Part shown: piece by piece, positions 43,798 to 53,313 of the stretch
How the letters are laid out: every line of letters starts with the position of its first letter
Position numbering within the stretch: the stretch's first letter is position 1
Assembly (NCBI GenBank): GCA_033764955.1
Contig: JANRIL010000030.1
Coordinates: 1-64,000, forward strand
DNA length: 64,000 nt
Direction: 5' to 3'
From: Cyanobacteriota bacterium
GTDB lineage: Bacteria; Cyanobacteriota; Cyanobacteriia; Thermostichales; Thermostichaceae
The notes under the pieces: model-generated
The model's database searches: none
Told to the model about the DNA's origin: nothing
Seen by the model: the letters and a program-made list of their open reading frames with translations, nothing else
Position numbers and translations under genes: made by a program

Positions 43798-44385
43798 ATG
43801 CTGAAGTCTCCAATATACCTAGCCCTCCTCTCCTTGGTTGTGTCCCTGGGATCCCTTCCCGCGTTGGCTCAATCCCCTAGTCCTGCCAGCGAAGCGAGCG
43901 TTGCCCCAGAGTCTAGCCCATCCCCTGCGGATCCCACCGAGACCTCTCCACAACCCGCCCCGCCCCCACCCCCCCGCCGCACTCCCCCCAGTGCCGCCAG
44001 CACCTTGACGCCTGAGCAGGTCAGCGATCAGCAGATCGAGCAGTTGGTAAGCGCCCTCCTCGAATTGGATCCGCTGATTCGTCAAGCTAGCACTGATCTG
44101 AAAGCGGCAGAAACCGCCAAAGATGACGCCAAATATCAGCAAATCTTTCAAGAAACCGAGGTGAAAGCTACCCAAATCGTCCAAAAAACGGGTTTGACGG
44201 TGGAGCAGTATCGACAAATCATGACCCTAGCCAACGAAAACCCCACCCTCAAACAACGGGTGCAACAACATCTGGATAAAGTGAAGCCTGCTGCCGCTAC
44301 GAATCCGGCTGATAGCCCCGCCGTCACCAGTCCGACCCCCCCAACCAGCAATCTGCCCAGCCCTGCTGCCACCACCAGTCCCTAG
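43798..44385 (+). CDS. Exported DUF4168-like protein
   Basis: Signal peptide (ALA|Q), VSDQQIEQ, GLTVEQY..I; Pro-rich flanks. Confidence 0.7.
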   Translation: MLKSPIYLALLSLVVSLGSLPALAQSPSPASEASVAPESSPSPADPTETSPQPAPPPPPRRTPPSAASTLTPEQVSDQQIEQLVSALLELDPLIRQASTDLKAAETAKDDAKYQQIFQETEVKATQIVQKTGLTVEQYRQIMTLANENPTLKQRVQQHLDKVKPAAATNPADSPAVTSPTPPTSNLPSPAATTSP

Positions 44386-44501
44386 CTTGCCCCCTCATGG
44401 GATCCCCTGCGGTTAGCGAGAACAGGGGTTTCTCGGTTAGGGTGATAATAGAGATTACCTATTAACCCTGCTAACGATTACTGTCCGAGGTTGTTTTAGC
44501 C

Positions 44502-44843
44502 ATGATTACTGTTACCCCCAGTGCTGTCAGCGAACTCAAGCGGCTGCGTAGCAAATACCAAGAGGCGGGATCCCAGCCCATTTTGCGGTTAGGGGTGAAG
44601 CCGAGCGGTTGTTCCGGTCTCTCCTACACCATGAATTTTGAGGGGGGAGCCAATCCTGACGATCAGACATTTGCCTTTGATGACATCAGCGTGGCTGTGG
44701 ATCCCTTGAGCATGACCCTGTTGTCAGGCATCGAAGTGGATTTTTCGGAAGATTTGCTAGGGGGCGGATTTCGCTTCAGAAATCCCAATGCAGTAGCCAG
44801 TTGTGGTTGCGGAACTTCGTTTGCCACGGCGGCAACAGCCTGA
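44502..44843 (+). CDS. iscA: Fe-S cluster assembly A-type carrier (HesB/IscA)
   Basis: GCSGLSY, NPNA..SCGCGTSF. Confidence 0.93.
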   Translation: MITVTPSAVSELKRLRSKYQEAGSQPILRLGVKPSGCSGLSYTMNFEGGANPDDQTFAFDDISVAVDPLSMTLLSGIEVDFSEDLLGGGFRFRNPNAVASCGCGTSFATAATA

Positions 44844-45003
44844 GAGCCATAGCAAGGTCGGTGAGCAGAAATCAAAGACTCACCAGAGTTTTAGCCTCCA
44901 TTCAGCTATTCCACCCTTCCCTCCGGCTAGATTGGCAGGAGGGATCCCTCTGGGATTTCCGTGCTTCCCGCTTACGTTCAGACACCCCTCAGGAACTATT
45001 ACG

Positions 45004-45492
45004 ATGCCAAACTTGTCAAATTTAGGATCTGGATTTTTGGGCAAGTGGATCCAAGGAGGAAAGGACACCCCCCCTCTCCAACCGGAACCTAGCTTTGCCG
45101 TAAGCAGAAGCGAGGCCGAATGGCGCTCCCTCCTTACTCCCGAACAGTTTCGGGTGCTGCGGCAAGAGGGAACCGAATCTCCTTTCCGCAATGCCTATCA
45201 CGACCAGAAGGCCGCCGGGGTTTATCACTGTGCCGGCTGTGACTTGCCCCTATTTGCGTCAACTAGCAAGTACGACAGTGGCACCGGTTGGCCTAGCTTC
45301 TGGGATCCCATTTCCCCGGAGGCTGTGGGTGTCACCACCGACTGGAAGCTGTTTTATCCCCGTACCGAAGTTCATTGCGCCCGTTGTGGCGGACACCTCG
45401 GTCATGTATTTGAGGATGGCCCCGCCCCGACAGGGTTGCGCTATTGCATGAACTCCGCCGCCCTCAAGTTTATCCCTGCTTCCGAAGGCTAA
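45004..45492 (+). CDS. msrB: Peptide-methionine (R)-S-oxide reductase, second copy
   Basis: GTGWPSF, HLGHVF, RYCMNS; start placed at ATG 45004; no signal peptide. Confidence 0.95.
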   Translation: MPNLSNLGSGFLGKWIQGGKDTPPLQPEPSFAVSRSEAEWRSLLTPEQFRVLRQEGTESPFRNAYHDQKAAGVYHCAGCDLPLFASTSKYDSGTGWPSFWDPISPEAVGVTTDWKLFYPRTEVHCARCGGHLGHVFEDGPAPTGLRYCMNSAALKFIPASEG

Positions 45493-45495
45493 AGG

Positions 45496-46620
45496 TTGAC
45501 GGCAACGATGACGGCTGCCCCTGCCCTGCAAGTGCCCCATGCTGGTTATCACGGCAGTTGGGTCTGGAACCGATTTTTTGAGGGGTGGTACTATCGCCTA
45601 ACCATCCCTGATCTGGCGGAGAGCTTTGCCTTTATGTATTCCATCGAACGGGATCCCTGGGCAAAAGGGGGCGGAATGAGTGGGGGATCGGCGCAACTGT
45701 TAGGCCCTCAGGATCACCATCAATGGCGAACTTTTCCGCGTATAGAAGGCTTTTGGGCAGATCCAGAGCAGTTGGCCTTGGGGCATTGGGGCAAAACCCA
45801 GGGATTGGGATCGGTACTCCCCCCTCAATATCTGGATCCCACTGACTTTTGGCGATACGTGCGCGAGGGCTATCAAGCCACCGCTACCCTCAATCAGGGC
45901 ATCCTCCGCGATCCCGCCAGCCGACAGGTGACCCGTTGGTGTTACCAAATTCGCCCTATTCATACCTATGGGATTCCTCCCCAAGCGACGATGGGCTGGT
46001 TGTCCTATCTGCCGATTTTTGAACCGGGCTGGCAGATTCTTATGGCAGAGGGCGGGGCGGAGGGCTGGTTAGAATGGCAGGGATCCACCTATCGCTTTGG
46101 CGGAGAATTGGCTCCTGCCGCTGCATATGTGGAAAAAAACTGGGGAGGGAGCTTTCCCAGTCAATGGTTTTGGATGCAATGTCATCAGGCGGATTCTGCC
46201 CTTAGCCTCACTTCTGCGGGTGGCAAACGGGGGGTGTTGGGGATCCCCCAGACGGTGGGGATGGTCAGCCTGCATTGGCGAGGTCGCTTTTTCGCATGGC
46301 TGCCGGAAAATAGTCAGATAGCTTGGCGGGTGGATCCCTGGGGAGCTTGGCAGGTGGTTGCCCAGCAATCGGACTATAAAATCATGCTGCGCGGGACAGC
46401 CTCTCGCCCCGGTACTCCCCTATTGGCACCCACCTCCCGTGGCTTACGTTTGGTTTGTCGAGAAACTCTGCACGGCCACCTCCATCTGCAACTCTGGCAA
46501 CGGGTTGGGCAGGTGTGGACACCCATCCTAGAGACCCACAGTGAGTGGGCAGGGTTGGAAACGGGTGGGGATCCCTGGTCAACCCCCTGGCAAGTGGGGG
46601 ATCCCCAGTTGCTGTCCTAG
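45496..46620 (+). CDS. Tocopherol cyclase
   Basis: PHAGYH..RFFEGWY, FEPGWQILMA, EKNWGGSFP.QWFW.QC. Confidence 0.92.
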   Translation: MTATMTAAPALQVPHAGYHGSWVWNRFFEGWYYRLTIPDLAESFAFMYSIERDPWAKGGGMSGGSAQLLGPQDHHQWRTFPRIEGFWADPEQLALGHWGKTQGLGSVLPPQYLDPTDFWRYVREGYQATATLNQGILRDPASRQVTRWCYQIRPIHTYGIPPQATMGWLSYLPIFEPGWQILMAEGGAEGWLEWQGSTYRFGGELAPAAAYVEKNWGGSFPSQWFWMQCHQADSALSLTSAGGKRGVLGIPQTVGMVSLHWRGRFFAWLPENSQIAWRVDPWGAWQVVAQQSDYKIMLRGTASRPGTPLLAPTSRGLRLVCRETLHGHLHLQLWQRVGQVWTPILETHSEWAGLETGGDPWSTPWQVGDPQLLS

Positions 46621-46671
46621 GTTGTATTGATCTTTCATTTTTACTGCTCAATTTCGTCATATTTTTGGGCA

Positions 46672-46797
46672 TATAGCAAGCCTAAGTGATTTGTGAAAAC
46701 CGATCCCCCCAAGCCCCTCTTGCTAAGGGGGGTGCCCGATAGGGCGGGGGGATCCCTCAGGGATCCTAGCTTTCACAACTCTTATAGGATTGCTATA
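46672..46797. repeat. Miniature inverted-repeat element, family A
   Basis: Ends tatagcaagcctaagtgatttgtgaaa / tttcacaactcttataggattgctata with an internal GC-rich hairpin; homologous to 49333-49454. Confidence 0.8.
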
Positions 46798-47083
46798 TCA
46801 TCGGTCTAGAGAAATCAGAGAGTATTTGGAGCAGGTTAATCATGGATTAAAAGAAGAGGAGTGGATGGTAACTTGTGTGATGTTTGCTGCCTATGCTCCG
46901 GAGCAAAACCCTGTGGAGGATATCTGGCTACAAGGCAAGAGATTCATTCGATGGTTTTATCATACTTGCTGCTCTTTTAAGGTAGTCAAACAGATGTTTG
47001 AATGGATATTGCACAACAGGTGTTTGACTTTCCTAAGCTCTGCGAGTACTGGGACTTCTCACAGACCTTTTAGTATTGCTGTA
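46798..47083 (+). mobile_element. IS630-family transposase 3' remnant with right terminal repeat
   Basis: AYAPEQNPVEDIW motif (IS630 P.Y.PE.NP.E..W); ends in ttctcaca...ttagtattgctgta. Confidence 0.8.
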
Positions 47084-47340
47084 TTCGCAAAGTGGTTTAC
47101 ACCACCAATGCCGTTGAATCAGTGAACATGACTCTACGTAAGGTGTTACGCAACCACCGATGCTTTCCGACCGATGAATCAGCTATGAAGGTGATTTACC
47201 TGGCCATCCACAACCTATCGAAGAAATGGACGATGTCCATTCGCAATGGAAAAGGAGCTTTGAATCGTTTTGCTATTGACTTTGAAGGGAGGGTTCCAAT
47301 TTAGGTATTTATTCCTGATACAAACTGCTTGACAGATCCA
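47084..47340 (+). mobile_element. IS256-family transposase 3' remnant with probable right end
   Basis: VYTTNAVESVN..LRK....R..FPTDESA.KVIYLA....KKWTM; followed by tacaaactgcttgacagatcc. Confidence 0.85.
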
Positions 47341-47363
47341 TCCAAACCACTATCTCTAGTGCA

Positions 47364-47448
47364 GCACAATCACCACAATGCAGCAGACAATTGGAATCGC
47401 TGGTGCTGAGTCTTAAACTACGGTTGCCGCTGATTGGGAACGTTAGAC
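47364..47448 (+). other. Degenerate integron attC site 1
   Basis: Left arm aatgcagc pairs with right arm gctg-att leaving one extrahelical base; R' GTTAGAC at 47442-47448; R'' degenerate. Confidence 0.55.
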
Positions 47449-47465
47449 GTCATTGAGCCCATCCT

Positions 47466-47948
47466 GTGAATCGAGACGATGAAATCCTTCGGACTATCCG
47501 CACCGCCTTCGCAGATTGCTGCAGACCGGAGCATTTCACCAACTACACTCACTGCGAGGAGTGTCGGGAGCACAACGACGTTCTCCGCGCCCACGACCTT
47601 GACACTCTTTCGCTCGACCACGTTGGTAACGCAGGCTGGGATCCCATCTGCTTCATCTCGCCACAGGGCTTCGCATACTACTTCCCCGCATTGGCTCGTC
47701 TTGCGCTCGCTCCAGCCGATGACGAGCACGACGCGTATCTGCCGCAGTTACTTTGGCACCTTCAGCAGGATGGACGCAGCAACGAACGATGGCTGTATTG
47801 CTCACCGCAGCAGCGCGCCGCTGTCGTCGCCTTTCTTCGATACGCCATCGACACTCGCGCCGAACTTCTCGACAGTTACCTCGCTGCCAACGACGCCTTG
47901 AACGCACTCGACGCTTGGACATTCACACCCGAACCGAATGACGCCTAA
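47466..47948 (+). CDS. Hypothetical protein in an integron-type gene cassette
   Basis: 160-aa ORF (RPEHFTNYTHCEECREH, F.YYFPALARL), CG-rich codon usage unlike the host; stop TAA lies inside GCCTAAC. Confidence 0.75.
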   Translation: MNRDDEILRTIRTAFADCCRPEHFTNYTHCEECREHNDVLRAHDLDTLSLDHVGNAGWDPICFISPQGFAYYFPALARLALAPADDEHDAYLPQLLWHLQQDGRSNERWLYCSPQQRAAVVAFLRYAIDTRAELLDSYLAANDALNALDAWTFTPEPNDA

Positions 47949-48069
47949 CCATACGCTGCAGCGAACACGCCTCCGCCTCACGGCCTGTGCTCCAGACCAC
48001 CGCCGCCTTTCCACCTCCCTGCAAAGGCCGCGCCCCTCCGACGTATCGCTGATCTCGGGGTCGTTATCC
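47943..48069 (+). other. Integron attC site 2
   Basis: R'' GCCTAAC, L'' GCTGCAGCGA, L' TCGCTGATC, then TCGGGGTC-GTT; 127 bp. Confidence 0.75.
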
Positions 48070-48103
48070 ATCTCGACTCGTAACTTTTCATGGAGTAGAC
48101 AAT

Positions 48104-48502
48104 ATGCAACTCGAAAATACTAGTGAAGCACGAATAGTTGAAGCTTCTCCTGAAGAATTAACCTCTTGGGAGAAATACAAAACTGAAACTCAAATCAAGT
48201 CGATTCCTATTCCGTATGCTTTTGTTTCTGTTGGAGTGAACGCAGCAGGTATTTTCTATCTTGAAGATCCCGTCGAAAATAGCTCTACGGAGGGAGCCGC
48301 TGTCGGGGCGATCATCGGAGCATACCGTCTAGATAAAAATAAAACAGATGTAAAGCTCCATGACCTGTCAGAATATCGACTACACCTTGACATAGTTCTG
48401 ATTTTTGTAGAGCGAGTGCTCAAAGCGCGCATTTGTAATCACAGGTGGAATGGCTCTTGGAAATCTTCAGACTACACTACTCTTGTAAGTTGGCAAACAT
48501 AG
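48104..48502 (+). CDS. Hypothetical protein (possible further cassette ORF, may be truncated)
   Basis: 132-aa AT-richer ORF starting 35 nt after attC2, with GGAG upstream. Confidence 0.45.
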   Translation: MQLENTSEARIVEASPEELTSWEKYKTETQIKSIPIPYAFVSVGVNAAGIFYLEDPVENSSTEGAAVGAIIGAYRLDKNKTDVKLHDLSEYRLHLDIVLIFVERVLKARICNHRWNGSWKSSDYTTLVSWQT

Positions 48503-48659
48503 TCTGAATTACTGATTTTATAATATGCGTTAATGAAATATAACGCATCTTCTTCTAATCTCGAACTAAAACATTTGAATTTTATGGGTTTTACGGGTAT
48601 CGTAGTGCTGCTTGCTCTTCTATCTCTATCAATTGTTTATCTCATCCTTTCCTTTTATT

Positions 48660-49226
48660 ATGCTTACCAAAACGGAACGCGAAAAAATGCTAAGCGGTGA
48701 ACTCTACTTAGCCTCTGACCCAGAATTGGTTCAAGCTAGGCAGCGGGCTAGTCATCTCATCCGCCTCTATAACAATACCTATGAGGATCAGGGTCAACAA
48801 CGTTATGACCTTCTTAAAGAGCTGTTGGGAAGGGTTGGTTCTCAAGTGAATATTACTCCTCCGTTTTATTGTGATTATGGCAGCCATATTTTGCTGGGAG
48901 AGCGGTTCTACAGTAATTTTGGCTGTGTCATTTTGGATTGCCATTGGGTAGAGATTGGGGATGATGTTTTGTTGGCTCCTTATGTGCAAATTTATGCTGC
49001 CTATCACCCTACCGATCCTCAGCTACGTCTGACCGGACAAGAGCTAGCTGGTTCGGTTAAAATTGGCAACAATGTTTGGATTGGAGGCGGTGCAATCATT
49101 ACGCAGGGGGTAACCATTGGCGATAATACAACCATCGGAGCCGGCAGTGTTGTGGTTAAAGATATCCCTGCTAATGTTATTGCGGTGGGTAATCCTTGCC
49201 GGGTGATCCGGCAGATTGCTGGCTAG
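48660..49226 (+). CDS. maa: Sugar O-acetyltransferase (maltose acetyltransferase family)
   Basis: KMLSGELY, PFYCDYG, IGNNVWIGG hexapeptide repeats, GNPCRV. Confidence 0.92.
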   Translation: MLTKTEREKMLSGELYLASDPELVQARQRASHLIRLYNNTYEDQGQQRYDLLKELLGRVGSQVNITPPFYCDYGSHILLGERFYSNFGCVILDCHWVEIGDDVLLAPYVQIYAAYHPTDPQLRLTGQELAGSVKIGNNVWIGGGAIITQGVTIGDNTTIGAGSVVVKDIPANVIAVGNPCRVIRQIAG

Positions 49227-49236
49227 GTTAAAAAAT

Positions 49237-49329
49237 TATAGTCATTCAATTTAATTTGAGAATCGCAAAGCCTCTCACCGCTTGCATAGAGGGACTTAGA
49301 TAGTGGCATTCTTATCTGGAATAACTATA
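49237..49329. repeat. Miniature inverted-repeat element, family B copy 2
   Basis: tatagtcattc...gaataactata; colinear with 16113-16206. Confidence 0.7.
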
Positions 49330-49332
49330 TAC

Positions 49333-49454
49333 TATGGCAAGCCTAAGTAATTTGGAAAAACCAATCCCTAAGCCCCCCTAGTAAGGAGAGTACCGATAGG
49401 GCGAGGGGATCCCTGGGGGATCTTTTCTCTCACGAATCTTATAGGATTTCTGTA
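49333..49454. repeat. Miniature inverted-repeat element, family A (degenerate)
   Basis: tatggcaagcctaagtaatttg...tcacgaatcttataggatttctgta; colinear with 46672-46797. Confidence 0.75.
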
Positions 49455-49490
49455 AATATTAGGTAAATATTAGGATTGCCTACTGGCTTT

Positions 49491-50483
49491 TTAAGGCGCT
49501 GTTCGGAGAGAAGAAACAAAATGATTAGCTATTTGGATCAGGAAAATCGAGAAAACTTCTATCTCCGACTGCCCCTGCTTAAGCGCATACTCTAGTTCCA
49601 ATAGATATTTGAGACTAGAATGCAAGGGTTTTAGCCCCAAGGATTGCACTTCTTTTTGTAAGAAAAAAACGCGGTTAGGATTCCCAATCTCAGCCATTTG
49701 AGCAATCACTTTGGGATCCCGTTCTCCCTGCTCCATCAACAATTTTACCCACAGCCAAGTTCGAAATTGATTGACTAAAACGGACAAAATTTTGAGAGCA
49801 GGTTCATTTTGATCTAACAAATGTTGCAGGATGACTAAGCTGCGATCCAAATCCCCTTGCCGCAGGGATCCCGCTAGCTGAAAACTGTTGTAGGCGGTGG
49901 CGGGAACCAGACTTTGCACCATTTCTCCGGTGATGGCGGTGACCGTTTTCCCCTGATAGAGCCTCAGCTTTTCCAGTTCCATGACCAGTTTGCGGCTATC
50001 GTTACCAATGGCAGTAGACAGCAATTCTGCCGCCTCAGCAGTCAGTTGGATGTCCATGTGACGGGCTTGCGTCTTCACCTGTTGGAGGATCCCTTCACTA
50101 TCCCAACTGGCTAAGAGGGGAAATTCCTGCTGTGTTGCTACTTTCTTTAATAATTTTGTTGATTTGAGGCGGGCATCCGGTTTGTGGGAGGAGGTGAACA
50201 GCAAATGGGTCGAAGCAGGCAGATCCCTCAGCGTTCGCTCCAATTCCTCTAGCCACGGTTCTGGGCAAGCTTGCATGAGACGGGTTTCCTCCATCCATAC
50301 CAATCGATCTCCCAAGCCAAAAGGGGGAGTCATTGCCTGAGCTAATCCCATCAAGGTTTGTTCTGGCGGGATCCGCTGATCATTGAAGGCCAACCAGTCA
50401 GGGTGCAAAACCTGCTGCCGTAATTGTCGCACGGCTTGCTCTAGGCGAAATTCATCGTCTCCCCAAAAGAGGTAGGTGGGCAT
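49491..50483 (-). CDS. holA: DNA polymerase III subunit delta
   Basis: YLFWGDDEF, TPPFG.G.RLV, ELEKL.LY, LE..LK.G. Confidence 0.93.
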   Translation of the reverse strand: MPTYLFWGDDEFRLEQAVRQLRQQVLHPDWLAFNDQRIPPEQTLMGLAQAMTPPFGLGDRLVWMEETRLMQACPEPWLEELERTLRDLPASTHLLFTSSHKPDARLKSTKLLKKVATQQEFPLLASWDSEGILQQVKTQARHMDIQLTAEAAELLSTAIGNDSRKLVMELEKLRLYQGKTVTAITGEMVQSLVPATAYNSFQLAGSLRQGDLDRSLVILQHLLDQNEPALKILSVLVNQFRTWLWVKLLMEQGERDPKVIAQMAEIGNPNRVFFLQKEVQSLGLKPLHSSLKYLLELEYALKQGQSEIEVFSIFLIQIANHFVSSLRTAP

Positions 50484-50485
50484 AG

Positions 50486-51217
50486 TTAGGCAGGTGGAGC
50501 GGGAGTGGTAGCTTGCTGCAAACGCACCTTCAAAATGTATTGGGCAATGGCCAGATCGAGAGGAGTAGTGACCTTAAGATTGCTTTCTTCTCCCGGCAAG
50601 ATGTGAACCGGTAGACCTAATTTTTCAAAAAGAGCGGCATCATCTGTCACTTGCCAGCCCACTTCTACGGCCTTGTGGTGGGCATCCGCCAGCAGCGAAA
50701 GGGCAAATCCCTGGGGGGTTTGAGCCGCCCAGAGGTGTTTGCGATTGGGTGTGGATTCAATTTGGGGCAAAGCATCCCCCGGCTCGGAGATGACCACTTT
50801 GATGGTGTCTTTAACCGGAACAGCGGCAATCAGACCATCTACCTGGGCGAGAGCCGCACTACACCGATCCAAGAGGGCGGGGGTGGCCAGGCAACGTGCC
50901 CCATCGTGAATCAGAACATGGGAGATCCCCCCCTGGGCTTGCAAGTATTTCAAACCCTCATACACCGAGGCTTGGCGGGTTTCTCCCCCTTCGATCAACT
51001 GCACGGGCTTGCTGAGGGGAAACTTCTGCAAAATCTTTTCCATGGCAGGCCAATCGGATTTTTGGGCGAGTAGACCAATCCAACGAATGGAACTGGCTTG
51101 ATCAGCCGCCTGTAAAGTCCATGCCAAGATCGGTCGATCCAATAGGGGTAACAGTAGTTTGTTCACCGTGGATCCCATCCGGCGACCGCGACCTGCTGCG
51201 GGAATCAAAAAATGCAT
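50486..51217 (-). CDS. ispD: 2-C-methyl-D-erythritol 4-phosphate cytidylyltransferase
   Basis: PAAGRGRRM, GGETRQ.SV, HDGARC, AQTPQ, VTDDA, NLKVTT. Confidence 0.97.
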   Translation of the reverse strand: MHFLIPAAGRGRRMGSTVNKLLLPLLDRPILAWTLQAADQASSIRWIGLLAQKSDWPAMEKILQKFPLSKPVQLIEGGETRQASVYEGLKYLQAQGGISHVLIHDGARCLATPALLDRCSAALAQVDGLIAAVPVKDTIKVVISEPGDALPQIESTPNRKHLWAAQTPQGFALSLLADAHHKAVEVGWQVTDDAALFEKLGLPVHILPGEESNLKVTTPLDLAIAQYILKVRLQQATTPAPPA

Positions 51218-51533
51218 AAGCCAACTCGCATAGGCTTTCTCACCCATTAGTTTATCCCAGGTCCTCCGCTATCCCAACACAAGCCATCTCAACAAAGGTT
51301 GCCCCAACCCCGACAAATCCTAAATGAACAAAACTCAGCCATTTGCTGGAGAAGAGTTGCGTGTTCGTGCAGAAGAATTTGTTATCGTGAGAGAGATATC
51401 CTATACCTATGAACGTTCCGACCTGCCTTTAACGTTCATTCCCTGTGAGAGTCCATCCTGCCCCCAGCTATTTGACAATATTTCAATAATAGTTGCCCAA
51501 AAATGTTGCTCACACGTTCATAGGGTCGCTTTG

Positions 51534-52247
51534 ATGTCTACCCAAACCAAGAAGAAAATCTGGCACGTTTTGGTGATTGATGACGATGCGGGACGGCGTA
51601 GCCTGGATCTGAGTGGCATCACCTGCACAATTGGCCGGGATCCCTCGAATGCGATTGTGCTCAACTCCAGTGGGGTTTCTCGCCAGCACGCAATTTTGTT
51701 GCGGGTTCCCACCGCCAACGGGCAATTTTTCTATCGTATTTTTGATGGCAATGCGGAAGGGAAGCGGAGCACCAATGGGATTTTGGTGAATGGTCAACGC
51801 TGTGCCTCCCATGATTTGCGGGATGGAGATCACATTTCCTTTGGTAGCAATGTCGAGGCTCAATATTACATCCGTGAGATGACCGATCAAGATTTCAGTC
51901 GCTATCTGGAGGCGGTAGCCTATCGCAGCGTCAAGTCAGAAACGGTAGATCCCCGCACCACCACCATGCAGCGCATGGATGCACCGCTTTCTCCAATCAC
52001 CAGTGCGGTTAGCCCAGAGGATCCCACCCAAAGCGAAGGCAGCCGTCCCCGCCGAGCTTGGTGGCAACCTTTGCTGCAAACCCTCTGGAAAATACTCAAG
52101 ACTCCGATTTTCACACCACAGGCCAAAGCGACAAAGGCACCCCCCAAGAAACCGTCAGCCACCGCTAAATCTCTCCGTCCTAAGGCTTCCAGCAAGCCCA
52201 ACTCTTCCCGCCGGAGTTCAGGGCGTCCTCCGGGATCCCGTCGCTAG
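51534..52247 (+). CDS. FHA domain protein (paralog of 27712-28167) with basic tail
   Basis: IGRD, SRQHA, STNG; start placed at ATG 51534. Confidence 0.88.
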   Translation: MSTQTKKKIWHVLVIDDDAGRRSLDLSGITCTIGRDPSNAIVLNSSGVSRQHAILLRVPTANGQFFYRIFDGNAEGKRSTNGILVNGQRCASHDLRDGDHISFGSNVEAQYYIREMTDQDFSRYLEAVAYRSVKSETVDPRTTTMQRMDAPLSPITSAVSPEDPTQSEGSRPRRAWWQPLLQTLWKILKTPIFTPQAKATKAPPKKPSATAKSLRPKASSKPNSSRRSSGRPPGSRR

Positions 52248-52269
52248 TCATAGTCTGTTGCTTACAAGA

Positions 52270-53193
52270 CTAGGGCAACTCCACCGAAGTCGGTTTAGAA
52301 ACATGGGTCAGACCCCAGCCCAATTTTTCCCGCAAAATTCTAAAAAATTCGGGTCGTTTTAATCGCACCAAATCAGTGTGGTAGATAGCGCGGCTGACCC
52401 GAATTTGATCCTGCTGAGTGATATAGCATCCGGCGTTACCATCCACCACCAATACCAATGGATTTTGAAAAACGGGGGCAATGATCACGGGTTCAGAATC
52501 TTCAAACACAAGGGCACGGGAAGCCAGTGAGTGGGGGCAAATCGGGATCAGTTGGAGAACCGGAACGCCGGGAGTGACGACAGGACCGCCTGCCGAAAGC
52601 GCATAGGCTGTTGAACCCGTAGGAGTCGCTAAAATCACCCCGTCAGCGGCGACATCCAAGGGGGAGTGGAGACCAATGGTCACCTCAAAATGGCACATGC
52701 TGGTCAACGGCTCGCGGTGTAAGACCAATTCGTTCAAACACAAGACTTCCCAATAGAGATGCTCCCCCCTCCATACCTGCACCCGCACCATACTGCGCCG
52801 ATCCAGACTAAATTCTCCCGCCACTACCTCGGTCACCGCCTCAATCAACGTGGACAAATAGGTTTCCGTCAAAAAACCCAAATGCCCGGTGTTAACGGCT
52901 AACAAAGGGATCCCACGGGGAGCCAGTTGGCGAGCGGCGGCTAAAACCGTGCCATCTCCCCCCAGTACCACCGCAAACTTCATGGTTTCGTCAAATCCTT
53001 CGGGAGCCAGTTGATCCATAGGAGTGTGACAAATCGGGCTTTCGGGGCGAGCAAATCCCAACATGCCTCCCCAGCCCGGTGACGCATAGACCTGCCAGTC
53101 CTGTTGCTCAAACCATTCCAGCAGCAAATCCCTAGCCCGATGTGCCGCAGGTTTGGAGTCATTAAAAAGGATCCCTGCTTTTGGCCTAGTCAT
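52270..53193 (-). CDS. nadK: NAD(+) kinase
   Basis: [30 protein letters not shown]. Confidence 0.97.
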   Translation of the reverse strand: MTRPKAGILFNDSKPAAHRARDLLLEWFEQQDWQVYASPGWGGMLGFARPESPICHTPMDQLAPEGFDETMKFAVVLGGDGTVLAAARQLAPRGIPLLAVNTGHLGFLTETYLSTLIEAVTEVVAGEFSLDRRSMVRVQVWRGEHLYWEVLCLNELVLHREPLTSMCHFEVTIGLHSPLDVAADGVILATPTGSTAYALSAGGPVVTPGVPVLQLIPICPHSLASRALVFEDSEPVIIAPVFQNPLVLVVDGNAGCYITQQDQIRVSRAIYHTDLVRLKRPEFFRILREKLGWGLTHVSKPTSVELP

Positions 53194-53313
53194 AGGGGGA
53201 GGGCGGTGATAGCGGCAAGTCTCAAAACTCTAACAAAAATCGCCCCCCCACAAGCAGGGATGTTGAGGTTTAGTTACCCGAAAAAATGCTTGGGGGAGAG
53301 AGCTAGGGATCCC

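Noticed and set aside
47938..48123. 61-aa ORF MTPNHTLQRT... and other overlapping ORFs at 47418-48071
   Set aside because: These are translations of the attC site or shadow frames of the cassette gene.
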